DNA from: Myxococcota bacterium
Lineage (GTDB): Bacteria; Myxococcota; XYA12-FULL-58-9; JABJBS01
Direction: 5' to 3'
Assembly (NCBI GenBank): GCA_036339465.1
Contig: JAYZAY010000071.1
Coordinates: 1 to 54,174, forward strand
Length of the DNA stretch: 54,174 nucleotides
The notes beneath the pieces were generated by a model. The model was given only the letters and a program-made list of their open reading frames with translations. It made no database searches and was not told where the DNA came from. Shown piece by piece: positions 1 through 9,559 of the stretch (position 1 is its first letter; each line of letters opens with the position of its first letter). Made by a program: the position numbers and the translations under genes.

Positions 1-957
1 AATCATAAGTTAGACAGTGAGTTTCAAGGGATCATTCCATTGGAATTTAGTTTTCACGGTCGTTTTGGGGATTTTCGGAATCCAGAAATCCTTAGAAAGT
101 TAGACGAGGCTACCCAATTGGTCCAGGGCGGTGGTGGGAAAGGGGTCACCAGCCTCTCGGCGGTGGTAAAGGACTTGAATCAAAAAGTCACAGGTTCTTT
201 GGCTGTGCCCGGTAGCACCGAAGCCATCAGTCAACTTTTGTTGTTGGTGGAGGGGACTGAGGCGGGGTTGGAAAGATTGGTTGATGATGAGTTCAGTCAT
301 GCCCGAGTTTTTGCGACCTCGCCAGATCTTGGGGCGCGGGATTTTATCCCTATGGTGGATGAATGGGAGGCGCAATTTGAGACGCTATTTAAGGGAACTG
401 GAATCAAGGGGAGGGTCACTGGCGTGATTCCAGTGGCTTCAAAGGTGATGGCGAGCTTGATTCAACAATTATTGAATAGTCTCATGGTTGCCCTCTTGGT
501 TATTATTGTCAGTTTAGGATTTGTGTTTCGGAGCATTAAAATGGCTCTCGCAGGACTCCTTTCCAATGTTCTCCCCCTTTTACTTACCCTCGGTTTTTAT
601 GGGATCAATGAATTTGAATTGGACCCAGGCACAGCGGTTATCTTTACCATTGCCTTGGGAATTGCCGTGGATGATACCATCCATCTCTTGGCGCGATATA
701 GGGAAGAGCTAAGGGGAACCACGGATATCCGTGAGGCAATCATCACTTCGGTGACCCATTCGGCAGGGGCGATCGTGCTCACCAGTGTGATTCTTTCGGC
801 GGGTTTTTTGGTGATTAGTTTGTCCACTTTTCCAGCAAACCGGACCTTCGGGCTCCTCGGTAGCGCGATTATTTTCCTGGCGCTCATTGCCGATCTGATC
901 TTTACGCCTGCGGCCTTATTGTGGCTTAAACCCACTTATCATGATGGTAAAGCGTAA
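1..957 (+). CDS. MMPL/RND-family inner membrane transporter, C-terminal part (5' end outside the window)
   Basis: Frame is open from base 1. It has a periplasmic segment, then about six hydrophobic helices with RND/MMPL motifs 'IALGIAVDDTIH', 'GAIVLTS' and 'FGLL...ADLIFTPA'. Confidence 0.9.
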   Translation, partial: NHKLDSEFQGIIPLEFSFHGRFGDFRNPEILRKLDEATQLVQGGGGKGVTSLSAVVKDLNQKVTGSLAVPGSTEAISQLLLLVEGTEAGLERLVDDEFSHARVFATSPDLGARDFIPMVDEWEAQFETLFKGTGIKGRVTGVIPVASKVMASLIQQLLNSLMVALLVIIVSLGFVFRSIKMALAGLLSNVLPLLLTLGFYGINEFELDPGTAVIFTIALGIAVDDTIHLLARYREELRGTTDIREAIITSVTHSAGAIVLTSVILSAGFLVISLSTFPANRTFGLLGSAIIFLALIADLIFTPAALLWLKPTYHDGKA

Positions 958-1074
958 GGCTTTTTTTTCGACTCATCTGGGATTGTCTTTGTTTATCTTG
1001 GTGGCCGATCCCAAAGGTGAGCTTGGGAAGTTTCTGCCGGGGATTTAGGGAATCAGCGGTGTTTGTTTGAGGCC

Positions 1075-2454
1075 TTAAATGACAACACCCAGTGAAGCCA
1101 CCATTTGTAGGCGCCAATTTGAATAGGTCCCATTGTTGGTGGACCATGTAAGGGGACCTTTTTTGGGATCGAGGATGCGAGATTCGCTGTTTTCCACGGT
1201 CTGAGTAAACCAGTGGACGAGTCCCCCACCAAGCTCGGCAAAGTAATTGTTGAGAAAATCTATTCTTAGGCCCGAAGTTATTCCTAGTTTATTGAGATCC
1301 AGGGACACAGCATTGAGCCATTTCGGATCCACAGCGGCTTGCTCAAAAAAGAGTCCAAAGCGAATCCTCAGTTCATCGATGAGCAGGGCTGAGCCGCCGA
1401 GGCGGACACTATGGGTGGAACGAAAATTTGTTTTTAAGGGAATTTTGGGGATTTCTTGGGATTGCCCTAAAACGTTGAGACTCACACCGATGGGGGTAAA
1501 AATAACCTCTTCATTGCGTTTCCAATTTTCGTATGTCCAGGCCAATTCAATATCAAAACCATCGTCGGGACGAATGTAAGCAAGTCCTATCCTGAGTATG
1601 TTGGGGAAATTTACTGTAACTTCAACTTCATCTCCCACCACGTCGGCCAAGGTGCCGAGGTCTTCTCCAAGGGTGGTGGTGGCGGTTCCCTTACCATGAA
1701 CGGTGTAGGGGAATTGGTAGCTGGCCCCTAAACGCCAGTTTTTCATTAACTCAGTGTAGAAGCCGATGCTGCCGCATGGGGTGAAGTTATCGGTGGCTTT
1801 TGCTTCTAAAAACACGTCCCAACCCGGGTCTTCCTTTTCTATGGAAAATTCCGAGATGGGTAAGGTTTGGGCTAGCCGAATGACCTGTCTGACATTGTAA
1901 ACGGAAAATCCGATGCCTGCATTCCAGAATGGTAAATGGTAAGAGAGCGCGCCGCCGGCGTAGACCTGTAGGCTGGTGGATTCAACACCACCGTAGCGTT
2001 GAGGTCCGTCTTTATCGTATTTTAGGAATCCCTTTGGAGGGCCAAAAGCGAAGGCGCCGAGGGTTAAATACTCCGATCCCAACCATGAGAGATTGGTCGA
2101 CAAAAACAAACCGGGACTCGGCCCCTCAAAATGAAGGTTGTTTTGAACAGCAGGGTAGTCCGTTAGGATCCCATTATCGTCCAAGTCATCGCTCAGTCTT
2201 TGGAATCGCCGATGGTCCAAGACGGCGTTTGAGTCTATCACAAGTTGTGTGCCAGGGTTTAGGCTGAGGCTGGCGGGATTTAGGTACACGGCTGCGGGGC
2301 TGCGCCCAACGGCGATGGCGGCCCCTCCTCGGCTGTAGGCATGGGTACCTCGTTCGAAATTCCAGAAGCCAGCCGCCTCTATATTGGGAGCAACGAGTAT
2401 AAAAATAATGACCAGAACTGAGTTTCTCAGGAGGGATGCGGTTTGATGAGACAT
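1075..2454 (-). CDS. FadL/OmpP1/TodX-family outer-membrane long-chain fatty acid/hydrophobic compound channel
   Basis: Signal peptide followed by 'AGFWNFERG...SRGGA...AVYLNPA' (FadL-type N-terminal hatch) and alternating beta-strand pattern. Start placed at ATG 2454 (AAGGA RBS upstream) rather than 2823. Confidence 0.85.
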   Translation of the reverse strand: MSHQTASLLRNSVLVIIFILVAPNIEAAGFWNFERGTHAYSRGGAAIAVGRSPAAVYLNPASLSLNPGTQLVIDSNAVLDHRRFQRLSDDLDDNGILTDYPAVQNNLHFEGPSPGLFLSTNLSWLGSEYLTLGAFAFGPPKGFLKYDKDGPQRYGGVESTSLQVYAGGALSYHLPFWNAGIGFSVYNVRQVIRLAQTLPISEFSIEKEDPGWDVFLEAKATDNFTPCGSIGFYTELMKNWRLGASYQFPYTVHGKGTATTTLGEDLGTLADVVGDEVEVTVNFPNILRIGLAYIRPDDGFDIELAWTYENWKRNEEVIFTPIGVSLNVLGQSQEIPKIPLKTNFRSTHSVRLGGSALLIDELRIRFGLFFEQAAVDPKWLNAVSLDLNKLGITSGLRIDFLNNYFAELGGGLVHWFTQTVENSESRILDPKKGPLTWSTNNGTYSNWRLQMVASLGVVI

Positions 2455-2894
2455 GTGGTGTAATTCCTTAAGGCGATGAATCGTGTTTGGATGGTGGGGC
2501 CTTGGGTGAGGTGTGGGGGATAAATGCGTGTGACCCAACAACCCCATAAACCACCGACTGAATCCGCAAGCGTGGGCCCCCACAGGGATTGCCGCTGCTG
2601 ACTCTAATGCTGCTGCTGGCTTGCCTGGATGGGGATTGGTACAGGATTTGAAATAGACTGGTTTGATTTCCTTATTGCCAAGTATTTGTCTCAACATAAG
2701 ACGGGTGGCCTGTGGCCGTGTACGGGCGCTATTGCCTTCACCTCTGGCGGCAAAGAGTTGTGAATCCACTTGTCGGAATTTTCTTTGGGTGGCTATGGGA
2801 TCTGCGTTGGGAGGGCGTGTCATGGGGGGGGAACTTAATTAAATGAACATTTTTAACAAGGTGTTTTCGGCTTTTTTCCGGGTGTTGGTGCGTT

Positions 2895-3755
2895 TTATCG
2901 GTGCCAAACAGGAGCGGTGGAAAAGAAGTTCTTTGGAAATGGGTTCGGGAGTATTTGCCTGAGGTAATGTTGGGGTCCTTGTGACTCTTGCCAGTGCTTG
3001 GGGTAACCTAGGGATACTTCTTCGAAACGTACTCCATCGCGCCACTGGGTGGAACGAACGTGGAGGTGACCGCTGACGGCGACTTCCACGGGGTAATCTA
3101 GATGCCAGTTTTCGGTGGCTTGGGTGCCGCACCAAATTCTAAATCTAGGGACTCTGGGAATGAAGACGAGGTCCCCCCTTAGGGGATAATGGTTGATCAG
3201 CACGAGGCGCTGGTGGGGCGGAATTTCATCGAGTCGGGCTTTGGAGTATCTAAGGCGTTCATGGCACCACGCCTCAAAGCTTTTGTGGGGTGTGGGTTGA
3301 ATATAATTTTCGTCATTGCAGATCAGGCCGTCTTCAAGGGCCCAGGCTTTTGCCGTGATGGGGTTCATCCCGTCGGGTGCAAACGAGTAATCGTAGAAGA
3401 GAAAAAGGGGGACGAGAAGAATGGAGGGATCTTCGGGCCAAGGGATATAGGGTTCTTCCGGGGTGATGACATTTCTTTTGCGACAGATTTCCACGTAGTG
3501 CAGATATCTTTCCTCGCCAACGAGGGTACATGGGTCTTTTGGGAGGGTGTAGAGTTCGTGATTGCCTGGAACCCAAATCAGTTTTTTGAATTTGGGTTGT
3601 AGCACATCGAGACACTGTTCAAGGTGAATGGGTGATTCACCGACGTCACCTGCCACCATAAGCCAGTCATCGAGGTGTGGTTCGATGGTTCCGAGAGCTT
3701 TCAGGTTTGCGGTGTATCCGACGTGAAGGTCGCTAATGGCCCAGAGTTTTGTCAT
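2895..3755 (-). CDS. Calcineurin-like metallophosphoesterase resembling mycobacterial phosphopantetheinyl hydrolase PptH
   Basis: Metal motifs SDLH, AGDV, GNHE, NHYP and GHLH, plus subfamily blocks YDYSF, AWCHER, WCGT and DGVRFEEVSLGYP. Confidence 0.85.
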   Translation of the reverse strand: MTKLWAISDLHVGYTANLKALGTIEPHLDDWLMVAGDVGESPIHLEQCLDVLQPKFKKLIWVPGNHELYTLPKDPCTLVGEERYLHYVEICRKRNVITPEEPYIPWPEDPSILLVPLFLFYDYSFAPDGMNPITAKAWALEDGLICNDENYIQPTPHKSFEAWCHERLRYSKARLDEIPPHQRLVLINHYPLRGDLVFIPRVPRFRIWCGTQATENWHLDYPVEVAVSGHLHVRSTQWRDGVRFEEVSLGYPKHWQESQGPQHYLRQILPNPFPKNFFSTAPVWHR

Positions 3756-3768
3756 TTTTTTGTCTTAC

Positions 3769-3798
3769 TCGATTCCTAAGCTTCGATTCCTAAGCTTC
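3769..3798. repeat. Perfect tandem direct repeat of TCGATTCCTAAGCT (2 copies plus 2 nt)
   Basis: 3769-3782 is identical to 3783-3796. It lies in the divergent intergenic region between the phosphoesterase and the aminotransferase. Confidence 0.9.
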
Positions 3799-3884
3799 TT
3801 CAAAGGAGAACCAATCGTGTGGTTTCATTTTTCCACGTGTTGTGTGAGATTGGTAGGCAATCTTTGCCAACTTTGGAGCTAAGG

Positions 3885-5030
3885 ATGGAGTTTTCGGCAT
3901 TTTCTAAGGGCATTGAACCATTTTTAGCCATGGAGGTGATGGAGCGTGGGATGGCCATGGAGGCCTCGGGGCGTTCTATTGTTCAGATGGGGGTTGGAGA
4001 ACCGGATTTTTCACCTCCGCCAACCGTGGTCGAAGCGACGGTAAAAGCCTTGCATGATGGTTGCACCCATTACACCGACAGTCGAGGGATCCGTCCCCTG
4101 CGAGAGGCGATTGCAGAAGATACGTTTCGCCGGCGAGGGGTTGAGGTCGATCCCGACAGGATCTTGGTGACGTCGGGAACGTCTCCCGCTTTGGGAATGG
4201 TGTTTAGGCTGTTGTTGGGGCCAGGTGACGAGATTGTGATACCCACACCTCACTATCCCTGTTATGTCAATATGGTCCAACTCTGTGGTGCCAAATCTGT
4301 TTTGGTCACCACCCATGCCGAGGATGGCTTCTGTATTGATGTTGATGAAGTGAAACGGTTGATTACTCCCAAAACCAAAGCAATCTTGGTCGCCTCACCA
4401 GCCAATCCTACGGGGGCGGTCCAGCCACGGTCAGTGATCGAAGGATTGGCTGCACTCGGACTCCCTATCCTGAGCGATGAGATCTATGACGAACTCCTTT
4501 TTGATGACGTGGAAATGACTTCGCCACTTGGGAAAAATAAAGACTGTTTTGTCTTTGATGGTTTCTCGAAACGCTACGCCATGACCGGCTATCGAGTCGG
4601 CTATGTCATTGTTCCTGAAGCCGCGACCCGTGCGATGCAGTCGATGCAGCAAAGTCTCCATATTTCGACGGCTGATTTTGTTCAGCTTGCTGCCCTCGCG
4701 GCTCTTAAGAGTGGGAAACCCCATGTGGACATGATGCGTGCAGCATATGCCACGCGGCGAAATCTGATTGTTGATGGTATTCGGAGCCTGGGTTTAAAAG
4801 TGGCAAAGCCACCGCAGGGAGCTTTCTATGTACTTGCCGATGCACGGCATTATGAGATGCCGTCTTTGGAACTCGCCTTTGCCCTATTGGATCACGCAGG
4901 GGTTGCGGTGGGACCAGGGTTGGATTTTGGGGTAGCAGCGGAGGGCTTTGTTCGGTTTAGCTATGCAACCTCAAACGCCAATATTCTCGATGGGCTCGAG
5001 CGGCTTAAAGTTGGCTTGGAACACCTTTGA
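3885..5030 (+). CDS. PLP-dependent class I/II (aspartate-type) aminotransferase
   Basis: Motifs GVGEPDF, SPANPTG, SDEIY and GFSKRYAMTGYRVG (PLP lysine). ATG 3885 follows GGAG. Confidence 0.93.
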   Translation: MEFSAFSKGIEPFLAMEVMERGMAMEASGRSIVQMGVGEPDFSPPPTVVEATVKALHDGCTHYTDSRGIRPLREAIAEDTFRRRGVEVDPDRILVTSGTSPALGMVFRLLLGPGDEIVIPTPHYPCYVNMVQLCGAKSVLVTTHAEDGFCIDVDEVKRLITPKTKAILVASPANPTGAVQPRSVIEGLAALGLPILSDEIYDELLFDDVEMTSPLGKNKDCFVFDGFSKRYAMTGYRVGYVIVPEAATRAMQSMQQSLHISTADFVQLAALAALKSGKPHVDMMRAAYATRRNLIVDGIRSLGLKVAKPPQGAFYVLADARHYEMPSLELAFALLDHAGVAVGPGLDFGVAAEGFVRFSYATSNANILDGLERLKVGLEHL

Positions 5031-5041
5031 GAAGAGTAAGT

Positions 5042-6715
5042 TTAGGCTGCGGCCGTGGTCTTTTCTTTGATTTCGGACCGTTGTTTTGCCAACCACATTT
5101 GGTCGCCGATGACCAAAGCATCCACTTTGGTATTTAGAAAGAAGCGCATGGCTTCTTTGGGAGTCTCCACAATGGGTTCCCCGTTCACATTGAGACTGGT
5201 GTTCAGAAGAATTGGCACGCCGGTTTGTTCCTCGAATTTTTCAATCAGGGTGTAATAGCGTGGATTGTCCGAACGGGCGATCGTTTGGACACGGGAGGAA
5301 TTGTCCACGTGGGTGACGGCGGGGATCTTGGTGGGTTTTTTGACTTGGCTGATAAAGAGCATCAGCGGGCTTTCGAAATCCATCTCAAACCAATCTTGTG
5401 CTTTTTCCTTTAGAACCACGGGTGCAAAAGGTCGAAACCACTCCCTACATTTTATTTTCTGATTGATGATTTCGCGCATATTGGAGCGTCTTGGATCGCC
5501 AAGCAGTGAGCGATTACCGAGAGCCCGGGGCCCGAATTCTGATTTTCCCTGATACCAGGCCACCAGGCCACCTTCGGAGATAAGATGGGCGATCTTTTCG
5601 GGGGAGTAGTTTTCACCGTCCTTGAAATCGGAAGCATGTTCTTTTCCAAGATACATGTACTCACGGGGTTTGTAGGTTTCACGAGCATTTCCTAATATAT
5701 GATGGTGGGTGTAGAGCGCGGCACCGACGCAAAGCCCGTCATCACCACAGGCGGGAAAGAGGTGAATCCTTTCGAAGGACGTTTCTTCCTTTATTTTCAT
5801 GTTCGCGTTGCAATTTAGGAAAGAACCACCGGCTAGACAAAGATTTCCTTGATTGTATGACGCAGTATCTCGGTAGAGCTCTTGGCCATATTTTACCAGA
5901 TTGCGTTCAAAAATGTATTGGAGTGATGCGGCGATATTTTGGGCAACCTTTCCCGAACTCTCCTCCTTGGTGAGTCGTTGATGGGGGGGCAAGCCCGCGA
6001 GTTGGCTCCACATATATCGGATATAGGATTGGTCGTTTGTTTCGAAATTTCGTTGAAAATAGCGCGCGCCAAATTCTTCCCACCGTTTTTGAGCCACCTC
6101 ACTCACGGTTCCATAGGGTGCGAGCCCCATGGTCGAACCGGCTTTTTCAATACCTAAGCCAATGCCCAGAAATTCCGTAAAATTGCTGTAGGCATTTCCG
6201 AGCATGAAACCAGGGCAGTAGAGTTGAAATAGCTGATGTCCAATCCCATATGCGAAACTTGAGCAGTGCTCGGGGAGGCTTAGGCTGGCATCGGCGGTAA
6301 AGCAGGCGGCCTGAGAAAATGGGCTGGTATAAAATGCGGAGGCGGCATGGGCGAGGTGGTGAGTGACTACGAAGGCCGGGATTTTTCTGCCTAATATTTC
6401 TGCAATATAGAGGCAGTGTGGTGCGTCACCACTGCCGCTGACTAGGGGCGTGTTGATCGGTTCGTGGGTCTTGGCATCGAAGAGTCGTAGGGGAGTTTGT
6501 TCCCATGGAAAATAGTCGCAGAGGGCCACGGCGCCGATATCGTTGATGCTCAGGTCTGCGGCGTCGAGTACGTAGTGGATTTGTTCTTCACTGACCCCTT
6601 GTTCATGTTTGGTTCGGGTCAAGCGCTCTCGACTGATGGCGCAGACAGGTTTGCCTGCTTTGACGGCGGTGACTGAGCCATCGTGGCCGAGGCTGAAGCC
6701 GAGTATATTTCTCAT
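5042..6715 (-). CDS. NodU/CmcH/TobZ-family O-carbamoyltransferase
   Basis: Motifs GHD, HHLAHAASAF, MGLAPYG, EFGPRALGNRS, REWFRPFAP, HVDNSSRVQT and LLNTSLN. Start ATG 6715 follows a GAGGGG RBS. Confidence 0.92.
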   Translation of the reverse strand: MRNILGFSLGHDGSVTAVKAGKPVCAISRERLTRTKHEQGVSEEQIHYVLDAADLSINDIGAVALCDYFPWEQTPLRLFDAKTHEPINTPLVSGSGDAPHCLYIAEILGRKIPAFVVTHHLAHAASAFYTSPFSQAACFTADASLSLPEHCSSFAYGIGHQLFQLYCPGFMLGNAYSNFTEFLGIGLGIEKAGSTMGLAPYGTVSEVAQKRWEEFGARYFQRNFETNDQSYIRYMWSQLAGLPPHQRLTKEESSGKVAQNIAASLQYIFERNLVKYGQELYRDTASYNQGNLCLAGGSFLNCNANMKIKEETSFERIHLFPACGDDGLCVGAALYTHHHILGNARETYKPREYMYLGKEHASDFKDGENYSPEKIAHLISEGGLVAWYQGKSEFGPRALGNRSLLGDPRRSNMREIINQKIKCREWFRPFAPVVLKEKAQDWFEMDFESPLMLFISQVKKPTKIPAVTHVDNSSRVQTIARSDNPRYYTLIEKFEEQTGVPILLNTSLNVNGEPIVETPKEAMRFFLNTKVDALVIGDQMWLAKQRSEIKEKTTAAA

Positions 6716-7043
6716 TGCCGATTCCCCCTCACCGACAGCGTTGTTTGTTTGGGTTGGTTGAATGTCCGCGTCGTAAAATTTTTTTTCAGTGCGCGGCGAC
6801 CACCCCAGATGGGGCTGAGCTCTCATCCAGAAGGATCACGAAGCAATGTGCCATTTTTTACAAGCGAAAAACGTTCAATCCAAGGGGACCACGCCGTCGC
6901 ACCCATGGGTATCGACGAACATCTGGGCAACTTTAGATGGGGAGAGCGATCGACTGAGTGGCTGTTTGGGGCGGTTTTAGGCGCTTGGTGCCTCGGGGTT
7001 CGCTGAAGCAGAGATTGGTGCTCAGAATTTTCTAATCAAAGCA

Positions 7044-8003
7044 CTAGACGAAGGTTTCGAGGTGGACTCGGACATCTTCGGCGAGGGCTTGGGGATTGTA
7101 GCCACCCTCGAGGGCTGAAATGACGCGGCCTTGGCAGTGTTGTTTGGCCCACTCGGCCAGCTCTGCGGAAATGGCTTCATAGCCCTTGGGGGTGTATTCT
7201 AAACCGCCTAGGGGATCCCGGTGGTCACCGTCGAAGCCTGCTGAGATCAGCACTATCTGGGGCTGGAAGTCCTCTAAACTCGGTCGAATGGTCTCGCGCC
7301 AGGTTTGGAGGAGCTCGTCATCTCCAAAGCCCGCGGCAAAGGGGATATTCTTGGTGAATCCATGACCGGCGCCCCTACCGCGTTCGTGGGCGGGACCGGT
7401 GCCGGGGTAGAGCGGTGATTGATGGATACTGAAAAAGTAGACGTCGTTGCGGTCGTAGAAGATATCTTGGGTGCCATTTCCATGGTGGACGTCCCAATCA
7501 ATGATGGCCACACGGTCGATGCCCTCGTGAGTGAGGGCCTTTTCGGCGGCAATGGCGACGTTGTTGAGTAGGCAGAAACCCATTGCTTTGTTTTTTGGGG
7601 CATGATGCCCCGGAGGCCGGACCGAACAAAAGGCGCGGGGCCAGCGACGATGGTGGAGGATATTTTCCACGGCCTCACATAATGCTCCAGCAGCTCGGGT
7701 CGCTGCTTCCCAGGATTGCTTGATGCAGGTGGTATCGGGGCCAAGGAAACCTCCGCCTTCCTCACAGAGAGCTTGAAGCATTTTGAGGTAGCCCTCGGGG
7801 TGGACGGCATTCATTTCTTCAAAGGTTGCAGCGCGGGGCTCGATGCGTTCGAGGGATCTTCGGATACGCCCTTTTTCTAGTTCTTCTCGAATCGCTTGGA
7901 CTCGGATCGGGGCCTCTGGGTGATTACTTTGATGTTTGTGGGCATCGAAGGCCTCGGTATCAAACCATCCAATTTTCAGTGGGCTCTCATGGTGGCTCGT
8001 CAT
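7044..8003 (-). CDS. Zn-dependent histone deacetylase-family amidohydrolase (HdaH/AcuC-like)
   Basis: Motifs HPE, RPPGHHA, GFC, DWDVHHGNGTQ, SAGFD and LEGGY. Confidence 0.95.
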   Translation of the reverse strand: MTSHHESPLKIGWFDTEAFDAHKHQSNHPEAPIRVQAIREELEKGRIRRSLERIEPRAATFEEMNAVHPEGYLKMLQALCEEGGGFLGPDTTCIKQSWEAATRAAGALCEAVENILHHRRWPRAFCSVRPPGHHAPKNKAMGFCLLNNVAIAAEKALTHEGIDRVAIIDWDVHHGNGTQDIFYDRNDVYFFSIHQSPLYPGTGPAHERGRGAGHGFTKNIPFAAGFGDDELLQTWRETIRPSLEDFQPQIVLISAGFDGDHRDPLGGLEYTPKGYEAISAELAEWAKQHCQGRVISALEGGYNPQALAEDVRVHLETFV

Positions 8004-8319
8004 TGATTTCGAATTCCATTTCGCTTGTGTTGGTCTGGGATTCTATCCTATTTTTTATTTGCGTCACCAGTGCCTAAGCGAGAAAACATTGACAGCTTTT
8101 CACACGTGGAAACGACGTGGGGTCTTGAATCCATGGGAAAGTCTTAGGGTGAGCTATCCTTCTCTTCTGTGGGGGCTCTATGTTTCAGGGGATTTTTATT
8201 TTGGTGCAGCGAATACGAGAAATCGAGGAAAGCATCGCAGAAAGGCGATACTTGATGCCCGGTTGATTTTTCCCGGTTGATTTTTCGATGAACGGCTCTT
8301 TGTTTTAGGAGTATGTGGG

Positions 8320-8748
8320 ATGAATCCATCAATGACTCATGTGGCTTATCACGTCGCCGATGTGAGGGCGTGTATTCGGTTTTATGAGCATTTTTGTGCG
8401 ATGAAGGTGATTCATGAACGCGGTGACGACACCAAAACCGTTCATGTGGTTTGGATGGCCGAGGAGGGGCGCGAGCATGAATTCATCATGGTGCTGGTCA
8501 ATGGCGGTGATCAGTGGACTCAGGCAGAGAATGATTATCGCCATTTGGGTTTTGCAGTGGGAGCACGGGAAGAAGTAGACCGACTGGCATCCTTGGCCAA
8601 GGAGAGGGGATGTTTGTTTTGGCCACCCCGTGAGGAACCTTACCCAGTAGGCTATTATTGCGGCATTGTGGATCCCAATGGGAATGTGGTGGAGTTTAGC
8701 TATGGCCAACCTTTAGGGCCGGGGGCTCCACCTTTAAGGTTGTTTTGA
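8320..8748 (+). CDS. VOC (glyoxalase/bleomycin resistance) family protein
   Basis: THVAYHVAD...FY, HLGFAV..REEVD and DPNGNVVEF. AGGAG RBS upstream. Confidence 0.9.
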   Translation: MNPSMTHVAYHVADVRACIRFYEHFCAMKVIHERGDDTKTVHVVWMAEEGREHEFIMVLVNGGDQWTQAENDYRHLGFAVGAREEVDRLASLAKERGCLFWPPREEPYPVGYYCGIVDPNGNVVEFSYGQPLGPGAPPLRLF

Positions 8749-8833
8749 GGAAGGTCTGACCCCTGGTGCCAATACAAAGATTCGCTCAACTTGTGGTTGG
8801 AGCTGTCCTAAACCCAAAAAAGGCTCTTCGGAA

Positions 8834-9559
8834 CTACCGAGCGACAAGCTCCGTTATGAGGTGGCTCATGTTTTGCCAGGGGCCGGGTTGGGGGAGTTGT
8901 TCTCGGAAATAAAGTTCAGATTGATGCAGGTTTTTATGCAGTCGAATGATTTGAGAGCAACGGGTTCCATAGTCCATTTGAGGGATATGGACCCAAGGAT
9001 CTGAAAAGCCGTCCACATGTTTGGTGTCGAGAGAGTTCATGAGAGTGGGGGTGTCCCATTGTAGAGATTGAAGCCGGCCCTCTAGGCGAGTGAGGCGAGG
9101 GAGGTCGTTTGCTCCGGCACTTGATTCTGCCACCAGATGTTTCCCTGGTTGGAGGTTGATGAGCGTAGGTTTTCCATGGTCGGCAATGATCAGGACTGCC
9201 TGGGTTAGATTACCCCATAGAAGGTGAAAACCGCCGAACCGACTCAGATCTAGTTTGGCCACCCACGCTTGGATTTGTGTGGGGCAGGTCAATTCAAGGG
9301 CCTGGGTGGTGAGGTCACCTCGGGAAAGACCCTCCGGTGGTGAAGGTTGGCCAAAACGGTTGGTGAGGGCTGCGAAATGTCCTGCCTGGTGGATGCCGAT
9401 CCAGGTGCCGCCCTTGTTGAGATCTTGGGGGGCGATGATTTGGGGTGTTTTCCAGAGGTGTGGTTTCCTGGATTTTCGGTGAAGGTTTTCGTCGCGATTT
9501 ACGCCTAGGATGACTGGTATCTCTGTATTAGGTGCGAATTGAAAGAAGATAGAACACAT
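8834..9559 (-). CDS. NRDE (TANGO2-like) family protein
   Basis: N-terminal MC, NRDE, D...GGTWIG, LTN, SRG and YGTR. Confidence 0.92.
   Translation of the reverse strand: MCSIFFQFAPNTEIPVILGVNRDENLHRKSRKPHLWKTPQIIAPQDLNKGGTWIGIHQAGHFAALTNRFGQPSPPEGLSRGDLTTQALELTCPTQIQAWVAKLDLSRFGGFHLLWGNLTQAVLIIADHGKPTLINLQPGKHLVAESSAGANDLPRLTRLEGRLQSLQWDTPTLMNSLDTKHVDGFSDPWVHIPQMDYGTRCSQIIRLHKNLHQSELYFREQLPQPGPWQNMSHLITELVAR

Noticed and set aside
2455..2823. 582-aa version of the FadL-like ORF starting at 2823
   Set aside because: The signal peptide and RBS point to ATG 2454, and the extension has no protein-like features.
3829..8112. parS-like TTCCACGTG half-sites near 3830 and 8100
   Set aside because: Neither forms the full 16-bp parS palindrome, and there is no parAB or origin context.
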